DNA of 64,000 nucleotides from Chiloscyllium plagiosum (lineage: Eukaryota), in contig NC_057759.1 of the NCBI RefSeq assembly GCF_004010195.1, positions 2,539,679 to 2,603,678 on the forward strand. The letters run 5' to 3'. Every line of letters begins with the position of its first letter. Positions within the stretch are counted from its first letter, which is position 1. The position numbers and the translations under genes are program-made. The notes under the pieces are model-generated. The model was given only the letters and a program-made list of their open reading frames with translations, did not search any database and was not told the origin of the DNA. Shown here one piece after another: positions 36,556-50,080 of this stretch.

Positions 36556-36875
36556 AATCACTAATGGGATGTGGGCATCTCCGGCTCAGCCAGGCAGGTT
36601 TTACTGACTATCCTGAATTACGTGGAGGGCAGTTAATGGTAAACCACATTGCTGTGAGTCTGGAGTCACAGATAGGCCACACCAGGTAAAATGGCAAATT
36701 TCTTTCCCTGATGGTCATAAGTTAACCAGATGGGACTTTCCTACAAAGATTGTCTTTAAACTCTGAATTACAGGATTTATTTCAATTGAAGTCAAACCCC
36801 TCTGCCTATCTTGGCAGGATTTGAACCTGGATAATTGTTTGCGTCCAGGATAATAGCAAAGTGATAATGCCATTG
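36556..36875 (-). mobile_element. DeuSINE/SacSINE-like SINE
   Basis: Homologous to 803-1135. Confidence 0.7.
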
Positions 36876-37662
36876 GGACTTCGCCTCTCTTGGGAATAAG
36901 TTAGGAATCAATATTCAACTTTGGCTGCCCATTAGGCATGCTCAAAGACTTAACCATTGCATATAATACTCTAGTCATCAAACCATTCAGTCCTCTTCCT
37001 CAAGGAAGATCCTGTAAACCACAGGAAAAGAATGAAGTGATCAGGAAGGAGATGATTCGGAAGAAACAGAACCAAGGAAAAGAAATGTGGCGCTGGGCTA
37101 ATCTGTCCATCCAATCATTTTGTAATCTATCGTGGTTCCAGTCACCAATCAGCTGAACTACGATGCTTCGACTCGACTTCTCGTCAAGAAGTGACGGTCA
37201 GATCCAAAAATAAAACCCCAAGTCTCTTTTTGTGTGAATGCATTGATCTTGCATGTTGAGCGTATTGAATATGGTTGCACCCCTTTATTGACGCAGTGAT
37301 ATAGAGTTAATGTTGTTGGGCTGGAACATTCGGGTTAATGGTCTGACGATGTTAATTATAATCTCACTGCGATAGCTGGTAAAATTTGAACCCAAGACAA
37401 ATCTGTTGTCATAAATCGCACAACACTAGGATATAGTCCAATAGTTCATTTGAAAGCACTAGCTTTCATGTGGTTGTGGAGTAAAAGATTGTAAGACACA
37501 GAATTTATAACAAACATTCACAGTATGATGTAAGTGAAATTATATATTGAAAAAGGCCTAGATTGTCGGTTAAGTCTCTCATCTTTTAGAATGACCATGC
37601 TGGTTTCAGTTCTTTCATATGTAAATCCCAGAACCTTTTTTTAAATGTATATTCTCAAGTGA

Positions 37663-37888
37663 AGATTAGATTAGATTAGATTACTTACAGTGTGGAAACA
37701 GGCCCTTCAATTCACCTAACCTGCACATTTTTGGATTGTGGGAGGAAACCGGAGCACCCGGAGGAAACCCACGCAGACACGGGGAGAATGTGCAAACTCC
37801 ACACAGAGAGTCGCCTGAGGCGGGAATTGAACCCGGGTCTCTGGCGCTGTGAAGCAGCAGTGCTAACCACTGCGCTACCGTCCCGCCC
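37663..37888 (-). mobile_element. Young HE1 V-SINE with internal deletion and (AATCT)n tail
   Basis: Near-consensus head and V-domain with CpGs retained, joined to gaagggcctgtttccacactgtaagtaatctaatct. Confidence 0.9.
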
Positions 37889-38325
37889 ACAAATTTTAAC
37901 AATAGGTGCCATGTCAGCCCCGATAATGCACTAAAGGTGTGAGGTGCCTTGTGTGAGGATGTCTGTGCCCCAGTGTTCAAACGGATTCTATTTTTAAAAT
38001 AAAAGGGATTTACAGAATCTTTCATGGACTGATGCAGTTTTTGAGCCAAATAAAATGTAATTCTGCAAGTATAAATTCACCCCACAAAGTTATATGTGTG
38101 TTTGTGCATGTGGGTGTGTGTACGGGTTGGGGTGGGTATGAGTGTCTGTGATTTTGTGCGTGTGTTTGTGTGTGTGTAAAGGGGTATAAGTCTGTGAGAG
38201 GGTGTGGTGTTGGTGAGAGGGTGGAAGTGTATGTGTGAGAGCATGAGAGAGGATCTCTTTGAGTATATTGGTCTAGGGGAGTGTGTGTGTGTCTGCAGGT
38301 GCGTGTGTGTGCGTATGTATATATA

Positions 38326-39028
38326 CAGAGGAACTTCGATTAGCCAAATGTCAATTATCCGAATATCGGATTATCCAATTGAGATCTCGCAGTCCGATAG
38401 AAACATTGCATCAAAGACATATTTCCAACAGTGATCGTGTCTTCTGTTTACAGTGATTAAACAGGCACCATATGCAAATGACTGACCTCCTTCCCTCCCT
38501 CTCTCCCCACACTTTCCCTGGAGTTCTGCAGAAGGGTGCACCCTAAACCCCCCTTCCCCAGATAAGCTCTCTAACATTGTCCAATACAGGGCAAACACGG
38601 ATCCTGTCAAAACGGTGAAGTAAAAAGGTGTGTATGTGGCTGTGGGGAGACTCACCCTTCCCAAAGGGAGCAGCAGCAGTCTTATTGTTTGTGCCCAGTC
38701 CAGCTGCCCCAGAGATTGGATGGGTGTGGACAGGGGACGCACGGACAGCGAGCGGGGAGACAGTGTTGAACAGGGTTGGGTTGGGTGGGGGCGGGGTCGG
38801 GGACCCAGTGTTGGATGGGGCTAGAGTCAGGCATGAGGTAGTGTTGGGGCGCGGGCGGTTTTGCACGAGGGCGTTGACCTGTCTGCAATGTGCTGCTGCC
38901 TCGTCTCCTGAATGGGGAGCAGACTTTAAAAACTCTGAGCCCAGAAGAAAGGCATTTAATCGATTAACTGAATATTCGATAATCTGAACAAATTAGTGTC
39001 CGCCCATCTCGGATAATCGAGGTTCATG
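38326..39028. mobile_element. Tc1/mariner-Tigger-like MITE
   Basis: TA|CAGAGGAACTTCGATTAGCC at the left and GGATAATCGAGGTTC at the right form terminal inverted repeats. Internal attatccga/tcggataat subrepeats are present and there is no transposase. Confidence 0.75.
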
Positions 39029-39399
39029 CATGTGAGTGTGTGTGTGTTTGCATTTGTGCAGTGTGACATGAAACTAAGGTCCCAGTTGAGGCCATCCCCA
39101 GGATACCGAAGTGGGTAGTATGCCACTTTGTGCTGTTGCCTGTCCCGGTGTTTCATGCTTCACAAGTAAATTTGAAAAATGTGGTTGTTTTGCTGAATGC
39201 AAGTGACTGGTTGGCTCTTTTAATTCAGTGGAATTTTGGCATACTGCCTGTGGGAGTGGCAGAGTCAGAATCATTGGTGACCTTTAAGCGGCAATTGGAT
39301 AGGTACCTGGAAAGGTGCTCAAACTAGGACAAATGCTCGGCACAACATCGTGGGCCGAAGGGCTTGTTCTAAGCTGTATTGTTCGATGTTCTATAGCAC

Positions 39400-40155
39400 T
39401 GAGGCGAGGCGCCAACTCGTGAACACCGCCTCCTACTGCCCCCTTGAATACGACAGCGCCTCCGATCGTCTCCCAGGTCAACCATAAACTCATCACATCA
39501 GGCTATCTCCTAACCACAGACTCCAACCTTGTAGTAAGGGAAGACTGCACTGGCCGGTTCTACCTCCAACCCAAAATTCACAAACCTGACAGCCCCTGTC
39601 AATACATCCTGTCCACCTGTTCAGCCCAACCAAAATTATCTCTGCATATCCGAACACCTTCCTGTTCTCCTTTTGTCTGGGAACTCTCCATATACCACCC
39701 ACGCCGCCCAACTATACCATGACTATTGGTTCCCCGTCTCCCAAATTACCTCACCTTCACTATGGACATCCTGTCCATACACATGTCCATCCACTGTGGC
39801 GAAGGCATCCAAGTCTTCTGTTTCTTCCTCTCTCGCAAACCCAACCAGTATTGCTCCACCGACACACTCATTTGATTCACAGAGCTATTCCTCACCTTCA
39901 ACAACTTCTTCTTCCATTTCTCCCATTTCCTGCAGACCAAAGGGTTAGCCATGGGCACCCGCATAGTCCACAACTATTCCTGCCTCTTTGTTAGATACAT
40001 GGAACAGTCCATCTTCTGCCGTTATACTGGCAAAATTCCTCACTTTTTCCTCTGCTGCATTGAAGACTGTTTTGGTGGCACCTCATGCTCCCATGAGCAG
40101 GGTGAAAAGTTCTTCAATTTTGCAAACACATTCCAGCCTGACCTCAAATTCACCT
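39400..40155 (+). mobile_element. Penelope-like reverse transcriptase fragment
   Basis: GRFYLQPKIHKPD, FTMDI.S, FLQTKGLAMGT..., FFLCCIEDCFG (degenerate YIDD) and PDLKFT. Confidence 0.9.
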
Positions 40156-43100
40156 CATAGTGTCATCGAGTCATAGAGATGTACAGCATGGAAACAGACC
40201 CTTGGGTCCAACCGGTCCATGCCGACCAGATATCCCAACCCAATCTTGTCCCATCTTCCAGCACGCAGCCCATATCCCTCCAAACTCTTCCTATTCATAT
40301 ACTCATCCTAATACCTCTTAAATGCTGCAATTGTACTAGCCTCCACCACACCCTCTGGCAGCTCATTCCATACACATATCACCCTCTGCGTGAAAAGGTT
40401 GCCCCTTAGTCTCCGACGCTCCAGGGAAAACAACCCCAGCCTGTACAGCAACTCCCAATAGCTCAAATCCTCCAAAACGTGCAACGTTCTTGTATATCTT
40501 TTCTGTACCCTTTCAAGCTTTGCAACATCTTTCCGATAGGTAAGAGACCAGAATTGCACGCAATATGCGGACAGTGGCCTAACCAATGTCCTGTACACCA
40601 AAACATGACTCCCAACTCCTGTATTCAATATCTGACCAATAAAGGAAAGCATACCAAATGCCTTCTTCACTATCCTATCTGCCTGCGACTCCACTTTCAA
40701 GGAGCTATTAACCTGCACTCCAAGGTCTTTTTGTTCTGCAACACTCCCTAGGACCTTATCATTGAGAGTATAAGTCCTGTTAAGATTTGCTTTCCCAAAA
40801 TGCAGCATCTCGCATTTATCTGAAGTAAATTCCATCTGCCACTTCTCAGCTCATTGACCTATCTGGTCCAAATTCTGTTGTAATTTGCGGTAACCCTCTT
40901 CGCTGTCCACTACACCTCCCATTTTGGAGTCATCTGCAAACTTACTAACTGTACCTCTTATGTTCGCATCCAAATCATTTATGTAAATGACAAAAAGTAG
41001 CGGGACCAACACCGATCCTTGGTCACAGGCGTCCAGTCTGAACAACAACCGTCGACCACCACATCTACCTTTGAGGCAAGTCTGTACCAAATGGCTAGTT
41101 TTCCCTGTATTCCATGAGATCTAACCTTACTAATCAGTCTCCCATGGGGAACCTTGTCAAACGCCTTACTGAAGTCCATATAGGTCACATCTACTGCTCT
41201 GCCCTTATCAATCTTCTTTGTTACTTCTTCAAAAAACTCAATCAATTTTGCGAGACATGATTTCCCACGCACAAAGTCATGGTGACTATCCCGAATCAGT
41301 CCTTGCCTTTCCAAATGCATGTGCTTCTTGTCCCTCAGGATTCCCTCCAACAACTTTACCACCACTGAGGTCAGGCTCAACGGTCTATAATTCCCTGGCT
41401 TGTGTTTACCGCCCTTCTTAAACAGTGGCACTGCACCACGTTTGCAAACCTCCAGTCTTCTCGCACCTCACCTGTGACTATCGATGATACAAATAACTCA
41501 GCAAGAGGCCCAGCAATCACTTCTCTAGCTTCCCACAGAGTTCTTGGGTACATCTGATCAGATCCTGAGGATTTATCCACCTTTAACCGTTTCAAGACAT
41601 CCAGCACTTACTTCTCTGTCACTATCTATTTCCCTACAGTCTATGTCTTCCATATCCTATTCCACAGTAAATACTGATGCAAAATATTCATTTAGTATCT
41701 CCCCCATTTTCTGTGACTCCACACAAAAGCCGCTTTGCTGATCTTTGAGGATCCCTATTCTCTCCCTAGTTACCCATTTGCCCTTAATGTATTTGTAAAA
41801 ACTCTTTGGATTCTCCTTAATTCTATTTTCCAAAACTACCTCATGTCCCCTTTTTGTACTCCTGATTTCCCTCTTAAGTATACTCCTCCTTCCTTTAATC
41901 TCTTCTAAGGATTCACTCGATCTATCCTGTCTATACCTGACATATGCTTCCTTCTTTTTCTTCACCAAACCCTCCATTTCTGTGGTCATCCAGCATTCCA
42001 TGTATCTACCAGCCTTCCCTTTCACCCCGACATGAATATACTTTCTCTGGATTATTGTTATCTCATTTCTGAAGGCTTCCCATTTTCCATCCGTCCCTTT
42101 ACCTGCGAACATCTGCCTCCAATCAGCTTTCGAAAGTTCTTGCCTAATGAGGTCAAAATTGTCCTTTCTCCGATTTAGAACTTCAACTTTTAGATTTGGT
42201 CTATCCTTTTTCATCACTATTTTAAAACGAGCAGAATTATGGTCGCTGACCCCAAAAAGTGCTGACACCTCCGTCACCTGTCCTGCCTTATTTCCCAAGA
42301 GTAGGTCAGGTTTTGCACCTTTTCTAGTCGGTACATCAATATGCTGAATCAGAAAATTGTCTTGTACGTACTTAAGAAATTCCTCTCCATCTAAACCTTT
42401 AACACTACGGCAGTCCCATTCTACGTTTGGAAAGTTAAAATCCCCTACCATAACTACCCTATTAATCTTACAAATAGCTGAGATCACCTTACAAGTTTGT
42501 TTCTCAATTTCCCTATGACTCTTAGGGGGGTCTATAATACAATCCCAATCAGGTGATCATCCCTTTCTTATTTCTCAGTACCACCCAAATAACTTCCCTG
42601 GATGCATTTCCCGAGAATATACTCCCTCAGTACAGCTGCAATGCTATCCCTTACCAAAAATGCCACTCTCCCTCCCCTCTTGCCTCCCTTCCTATCCTTC
42701 CTGTAGCATTTGTATCCTGGAAAATTAAGCTACCAGTCTTGCCCTTCCCTGAGCCATGTTTCTGTAATTGCTATGATTTTCCAGTCCCATGTTCCTAACC
42801 ATGCCCTAAGTTCATCTGCCTTCCCTGTTAGGCCCCTTGCATTGAAATAAATGCAGTTTAATTTATTTGTCCTACCTTGTCCCTGCCTACCCTGACTGTT
42901 TGACTCACTTCTGTTCTCAACTGTACCAGTCTCAGATTGATCTCTTTCCTCACTCCCTCCCTGGGTCCCACCTCTCCACCTTACTCCCAAGCAGATCTAG
43001 CAAATCTCCCTGCCAGTATATTAGTTCCCTTCCAATTTCCGTGCAATCCGTCCTTCTTTTGCAGGTCACTTCTACCACAAAAGAGATTCCAATGATCCAA

Positions 43101-43370
43101 AAATGTGTATCCTTCTCCACATACACCAGCTACTCAGCCATACATTCATCTGCTCTATCATCCTATTCGTACCTTCACTAGCTCGTAACACTGGGAGTAA
43201 TCCTGATATTACTGCCCTTGAGGGCCTCCTTTTCAAATTTCTGCCTTACACTCTGTAATCTCCCTTCAGAATCTCAACCTTTTCCCTTCACATATCGTTG
43301 GTTCCAATGTGGACAATGACCACTTGCTGGCCCCTCTCCCCCGTGAGAACATTCTGCACCCTCTCTGAGA
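40156..43370 (-). mobile_element. Long CR1 (HER1-type) LINE: ORF1 end, AP endonuclease, RT and 3' tail, frameshifted
   Basis: YFNARGL...IAITETWL, VGDFNFP, SDHN, NYRPLSLTSVV, DFSKAFDKVPH, QGSVLVPLLFVIYINDL and SKFADDSK, with a tatgactc tail. Confidence 0.95.
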
Positions 43371-43540
43371 CATCTCACCCTCCCCTTCCTAAACCTCTCC
43401 ATCTCCATGTTCAGCACTCAACTCAACATGGACATTTAATTCAAGGACACTGGCTCACCCAGTCACGTGGACTACAACTCATCCCAACCCTCTCCTGTGA
43501 AATTCTATCCATTAATCCCAATTCCTCCAGCTCAGGGCAT
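43371..43540 (+). mobile_element. Continuation of the Penelope RT after the CR1 insertion
   Basis: LPFLNLSISM...L.MDI.FK.TGS.SHVDYNSS.P, the segment that normally follows LKFT. Confidence 0.75.
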
Positions 43541-45025
43541 AGTTAGGAACAAGGGACGGGGATTATTTCGGAATTACTGAATCGTGGCTCAGGGATGCAC
43601 AGGACTAGCAGCTTAATGTTCCAGGACACAAATGCTATAGGAAGGATAGAAGGGGAGTGAGAGAGGAGGAGGACTGGCACGTTGGCAAGGGATAACACTA
43701 CGACTGTACTTGGGGTGGGGGGGAGGGGTGGAAGGGAAGTTATTTGGTTGGAACTGAGAAACAAGAAAGGGATGATCACGTTGTTAGTATTGTTCTATAG
43801 TCCCGAGTAGTCAGCCGGAAATTGTGAAACAATTTTGTAAGGAGGTTTCAATTATGTGTAAGAGTAATAAGATGGTTATGGTGTAGGATTTTCAAGTTCC
43901 AAACAAAGACTGGCACTGTCATAGTGTTAAGAGTTTACATGGAGAAGAATTTAAGTGTGTACAAGAATACTTTCTGATTCAGTACGTACCTCCTAGACAA
44001 GGTGTAAGAAATGACCGACCCTTTGGAAATAAGGCAGGGCAGGTGACTGAGGTATCTGTGGGGCAACACTTTGGAGTCAGCAACCATAATTCTGTTAGTT
44101 TCAAAATAGTAATTGAAAAGAATAGACAGGATCTAAAACTTGAATTTGAAAATTGAAGGAAGAGCAGTTTTAACAGTATTAGGCAAGAAATTTCAAAAGT
44201 TCATTGGGGCGGATGTTTGCAGTTATATAGATGGCTAGAAAATGGGAACCCTTAAAAGAATGACGCAACGAGAGTACCGACACAGTATGTTTTTGTTAGG
44301 GTGAAATGAAAGTCTTGTAAGTGGAGGGAATTTTGGATGACGGGAGATATTTAGGCATTCATTAAGAAAAAGAAGGAAGCATATATCAGATATAGATAGC
44401 AGATATTGAGTGAATCCTTAGAATGGTATGAAGGCAGTAGTATACGTAAGAGGGAAATCAGGAGGGCAAAAAGGCGAAATGAGTTGGCTTTTCAAAATAG
44501 TTAAGGAGAGCCAAATGGATTTTATAAATAACTTGAGAACAAAAGACGAACTTGGGTGTGAATAGGGCTCCTCAAAGATCAGCAAGGCAGTCTCCGTGTG
44601 GAACCACAGGAGAGGGGGGAGATACGAAACGCGAATTTTTCATCAATGGAAAAGGATATGGAAGATATAGAATGTGGGGAAACAGATGGTGACATCTTGA
44701 AAATGGCCATATTAGAGAGATGGAGAGGTGCTGGATGTCTGAAATGCATAAAGGTTTAAAAAAATCTCTAGAATCTGATCATGTGTACCCTCTAAATCTG
44801 TGGAAAGTTAGGCAAGTGACTGCTGAGCCTAGTGCTGAGACATTCGAATCTTCTATTATTGCAGGTGAAGTGCCAGAAGACTGGAGGTTGGCTAAGATAA
44901 GAAAATGCCTGGAACGAGAGATCGGTGAGCTTGACATTAGTGGTGGGCAAGTTGTTGGATGGAGTCCTGAGGGAAAGGATTTGCATGCATCAGAAAGGCA
45001 AGGATTGATTAGTGATAGTCAACAC
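43540..45025 (+). mobile_element. Second, more decayed CR1 ORF2 fragment (endonuclease to start of RT)
   Basis: Homologous and inverted relative to about 41280-42800. Confidence 0.85.
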
Positions 45026-45164
45026 TCTAAGCAATGTTTCATTTGGAGTGATTTTTCTATAGTTCCGAATTGTGCAAGAATGCAACTATCACGTTTTTGA
45101 ATATTCAATTGGATAGTGCAAATTAACATTCAGGAAATGATTTGGATGGGGAAGGGGCAGATTT

Positions 45165-45490
45165 TTCTTATTCATTTACGGGATGTGGGCACCGCTGCTT
45201 GCGACAGCGTTTATTTCTCAGATGGCTATTAATAACCAACTGCATTGCAGAGGTGTAGGTGCAGAGCAGTTAAGGATGGCAAATTTCCTCCTCTGAAGGA
45301 CATAATTACGTAGGCCAGATGGGACTTTCTCCAACAATCGACAATGGTTTCATGGTCATCATTAAAATCTGATTTCCAGATCATTATTTGATTCAGATTC
45401 CACCATCTGTCATGGAGGGATTTTAACAGCAGTCCAAGACATGACTTTCTGTCTGTATTAACTCTGTCTAGCTATAATACGCTATGACAC
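45165..45490 (-). mobile_element. DeuSINE/SacSINE-like SINE
   Basis: Homologous to 803-1135. Confidence 0.65.
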
Positions 45491-45675
45491 CGATAGATCT
45501 GATAGCCCACAAAGGAAGGAACACTTTATTTTTAAAAGAAAGGCACAACAAGCTTTGTAAGAGAGAAGCTGAATGTTGGATTTTATTACAAATTCGATTA
45601 CAATGTCATAATTTGGAATTTGCTGGTGAACACTAGTGCAGACACTTCCAATTGTTCCCTACCACCCCCACCCCC

Positions 45676-46012
45676 CAATCTATCATGCAAACCCTGCAGT
45701 GTGGGAAAAGAGTGTTTGGCCCAACAGGGCCACACTACTCTGATCAGTAACCCACACAGACCCATTCCCTACCATATTACCCCGATTAAGGCACCTAACT
45801 TATGCATCCCAGAATACTATAGGCAATGTAGCATAGCTAGTTCAACAAATCTGCACGTCTTTAGATTGTAGGAGGAAACGAAAGCACAAAGCGGTCAACC
45901 CAAGCAGACACAGGAAGAATTGCGAAGTCCACACAAACAGTGGCCCGGTGCTGGAATCAAACCCAGGTCCCTGGCGATATGAGGCAACAATGCTAACCAA
46001 AGAGCCATGGTT
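45676..46012 (-). mobile_element. HE1 V-SINE
   Basis: Reverse complement of head, V-domain and tail. Confidence 0.85.
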
Positions 46013-46794
46013 TCACACGTAAACAACAGATCCAGCTGTATTTTGGACAATTCATAGAAGATTCATCTGGTTGGTTCCAGGGCTTATAGGATGCACGTTC
46101 TAGTCAGAGATTATCCAGGCTGGGCCTGTTCACAACGCTGCTAAGATGATTGAGAGATTATTTTAAATATTAAAGAAGATAGTTATTGATACGCTTGAGA
46201 TTGTAAAGATATCTGGGGCTGCAGAGCTGGAATGGGGTCGAATTATGATAAAGATCAGAAGGAAGTTCTACTCGTGGTTGTTTACAGGGTGGAGTTGCTC
46301 ATCTTTGGAATTGTTACTCTTGGAAAATAGTGGGAGCTGTGTTACTGATGGTCATGCAGCGATGTGGTCATCAGAAACTGGCTTTCACAACATAAGATGT
46401 AGGAACAGGAGTAAGTCATTCGACCCCTCAATCTTGCTGTGACACCCTATAGGATTGTGGCTGATCCCACATTCCTCACATCCACTTTCCTATCTTTTAC
46501 CATAATTCCTGACTCATGAAGAATCTATCTGACTCACCCTCAAATGTAAACAAGGACTCTGCCCCACCACACAGTTCTGTGTGGCATGGAGTTCCAAAAA
46601 ATTCCAACTCTCTGACTGAAGAAATTCTTCAAGTCTTCAATTAGTGTCCCATATTCTGAGACTGTGCCCTCTGGTTCTGGAGTCTCCAATGAGGGAGAAA
46701 CATCCTCTCAGCAATGACCCTATAAAGCCCCTTTCTGGTTCAATGAGATCCCCTCTCATTCTTCTGATCACCAGTGAGTCGAGTCCCAATTTTG

Positions 46795-47130
46795 TTTTAG
46801 ATTTCCTACAGTGTGGAAAAAGGCCTTCAGCCCGAACAGTCCACCCCGACCATACGAAGAGTAACCCGCCCAGACCTATTTCCCTCTGACTAATGCACCT
46901 AACACTATGATTAGTACAGTAACCAACCCAGACCAATGCACCTAACACAATAGGCAATTTAACATGGCCAATTCACCTGACTTGCACATCTTTGTGATGT
47001 GGGAGGAAACTGGAGCAAACCCACGCAGACACGAGGAGAATGTGCACACTCCACACAGACCATCACCGAAGCTGCAAGCGAACCTGAGACCCTGGTGCTG
47101 TGAGACAGCAGTGCTAACCACTGTGCCATC
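46795..47130 (-). mobile_element. HE1 V-SINE
   Basis: Reverse complement of head (gcacagtggttagcactgctg), V-domain and tail. Confidence 0.85.
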
Positions 47131-49194
47131 GTGCTTATTGGGCAATCCCGTCATACCGGAGATGATCCTAGTGAACCCTGTCTGGCACAGACCAATGAAA
47201 TGGCCTCTTTCCTTAAAAAGGGGGAGCAAAACTGCTCTCCACGCTCCAGATGTGGTCTCCCAGCATCTTGGACAGTTGCAGTAAGTCTTCCCTGAATTTG
47301 GCAGGACACGTCAATTGAGTGTAAATTAGATATATCAAACACTTGCCCTTATCAGTCAAGGCATCAGTTCAGTTCGATGTTTGCATTGCTATCAAGGTTA
47401 AGTTTACGTTAGAGTTATACAAGTAATCTGCTCTCAAAAATAAAACGCACGCATACTTTCCCTCAGTCAAAAATGAAGTTCTGCAACATGATTTTAAAAA
47501 TATGTGAAACTTTGCATCCGTCAGAATACCACAGTTTTAGCACATATCAAAATATTCTTTGTGGTGTTATACAATTTGGGACAACATTTTCTGTTCCCTC
47601 AAGCATTTGATTTCTTTCATTAAATTAAGTCATTTCGCAGTTTGCGCATACACCTGCAAGAGGATCAGGATGGCCTTCGAAAAATGAAATAGTGCAGATG
47701 CCATGAATCTGAAACAAACACAAGAAGTGCTGGAGAACCTCAGCAGGTATGACAGCATTCGCAGAGATGGCGAGAGAAACAGAGTTAATGTATATTTTCC
47801 AGTGATCCTTCTGCAGAGGGAGGTTTACCAGAATGTTGTCTTGGTATGGGAGAGTTTCATTTATAGCAAGAGATTGGACGGATTGGAATTATGTTTTTCT
47901 TAGAGCAGAAGAAATTGAGGGACATACTTGAGACCTATACAATTATGAAAGACGAAGATAGAGTAGATAGGAAGAAACTTTATTTTTAACATGAAACGTT
48001 GACTGCATTTTTCTATCTCTCTCTCTCTCCACAAAAGGTGCCAAACCTGTTGCGTATCCCCAGAACTTTGTGTTTCTATCCTGTAATGTTAATTGTTTTC
48101 TCTCTCTCTCTCTCTCACCACATCAAGACCTCCACCCACCACCATGCTGCCAGACCTGCTGAGATTTTCATGTAATTTCTGCGTTTGTTTCAGACCTTCA
48201 GCATCACCAGTTTGTTTGCTTTATCTTGGTGGATATACATTTGTTCATTGTTTGCAACTCTTTGTCCAGTTATGGTCTTCTTAGCTGAGGAAGGATGTTC
48301 TGGCTATGGAGGGAGTGCAGCGACGTTTGCCTCAGCTGATTCCGGGATAGCAGGACTTATGGATGAAGGGACCTTGGATCGATTCGAATTATATCCACTC
48401 GATTTTCTATTTTTAAATGAGGGGTGTCTCATAGAAACAGATAAAATTTAAACCGGAGAAGACAGAGATAAACACAGAGGAGGTTGGGTACCTGTGGGGG
48501 TGGGGGGCGGTGAGCTCACAACCAAAGTATTGCAATCTGATGGAGACCCCGCAGTAGTGAGACAGGGATAAATATCTTCTCCCACTGAGTAGCGAGCCAG
48601 TGGAAGTCTTTGCCACAGAATGTGTTGGGACCAGAACATTGAATTGTGTTCGAGAAGGAGTTGAATCAAGTTCTTTGAGGCTGAAACGGGATACAGGGGA
48701 CTGAGCTGGATGATCCTATTGAATGGACAGAACGGGCCAGTAGGGTCAAATGCCCTACTCTTGCTCCTATGACCTATGTTTCTCAGGCACAATAACAAAT
48801 GAAGAACTCTTGGCATAGCATTGTCGCAGAAAAACTTGCAGGCAGATCTACAGCAATTCCTCAATAAGAGTGTGACTTAATCTGCTGTAGTTATCATGTC
48901 GAAGACTATGTAACGGTTCCGTTTTCAGGTACCAATGGCACACATGAAAACGTAGTTCTCTTTCTTCAGACACGGGAAAAGACATTTTACACTGCATTTA
49001 ACCTTTGCTCTGAAAACTATCTCTCTTTTCCTTCCGAATATGAGTGTACTGTTGTGAAGGAGGCACGTGAACATTGAGACTAACTTCTAGTTGAAGTGGA
49101 TGAAATACAGCGGAAATAGCTAGAAATAGGGTTACAAAGTTCACACTGCAACAGACAGGATTGTTTTTTCTGATGGATGTACATCCCTCCGCAG

Positions 49195-50080
49195 ATCATC
49201 GAGTCACAGAGCCATAGAGCATGGAAAAGGAGCCTTCAGTCCAACTCATCCATGCTGACCTCGTTTCCCAAACTGAACTAATCTCATTTGCCTGCAGTTA
49301 GCCGATATCCATCCAAACCTTCCCTCTTCACGTACCTGCTCAAATGTATTTTGTGCGTAACACTTTTTCACACCTCTACGTTTCTTTCTGGCAGTTCTAT
49401 CCACATATGAACCATTTGATGTGTGAAAAATTTGCCTCTCAAGTCACTTTTATTTTTTTTGTCTTCTCACCTTACAATTATGCACTCTAATTCTGAAATC
49501 ACTTACACTGGGGAATGACCTTGGCTTTTCACGTTATTTGTGTCCCTCATAATTTTAAATACCTCTGTAAGGTCACCCCTCAACCTCTCATGCATTAAAA
49601 AAAACAGTTTACCTATCCTCTCCATATAACTCAAATATTTCAGTCCTGGTAACATCCTTGTAAATATTTTCTTCACATTTTCCAATTTAATAATATCATT
49701 CCTGGAACAGGGAGAACAGAATGAAATTCAATAATCTAAAAGTGGCCTTACCAACATCCTATATAACAACATGACATCCCAACTCCTATTTTCAATGATC
49801 TGATCAATGACAATAAGAGTGTCAAATGCCTTTTTCACCACCCTGTCTACTTGTGGCGCAACGTTATGCAAATGCACTCTAATGTCTCTCTGCTCAACAG
49901 TCGCCAGACACCTACTATTAACTGTTTATGTCCTACCCGGGCTGACCTTATTAAAATTCAACACCTCATATTTATCTAAATTAAACTCCATTTGCCACTT
50001 CTCAAACGATTGGCCCAATTGATCAAGCTTCCTTGAAATCATCGATAACATTCATTGCTGCCAAGTTTACCACAAATTGT
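49195..50080 (-). mobile_element. CR1 LINE 3' fragment
   Basis: KKIFTRMLPGLKYLSYMERIGKL...RLRGDLTEVFKIMR plus tail. Confidence 0.85.

Larger units (their letters stand above)
37415..39150 (-). mobile_element. Penelope-like element 3' region with TG-rich tract, interrupted by an HE1 SINE and a MITE
   Basis: Terminal sequence cacaacactaggatatagtccaa...gaaagcactagctttc and a TG-rich spacer. The family assignment is from recall, not a search. Confidence 0.5.

Noticed and set aside
41657..42487. 276-aa ORF as a host gene
   Set aside because: It is the CR1 endonuclease/linker region within a frameshifted LINE.
48929..49077. Plus-strand frame ending EYECTVV, like an Ig C1 F strand
   Set aside because: It lacks the first Cys and Trp, has no donor and has no supporting neighbouring exons.
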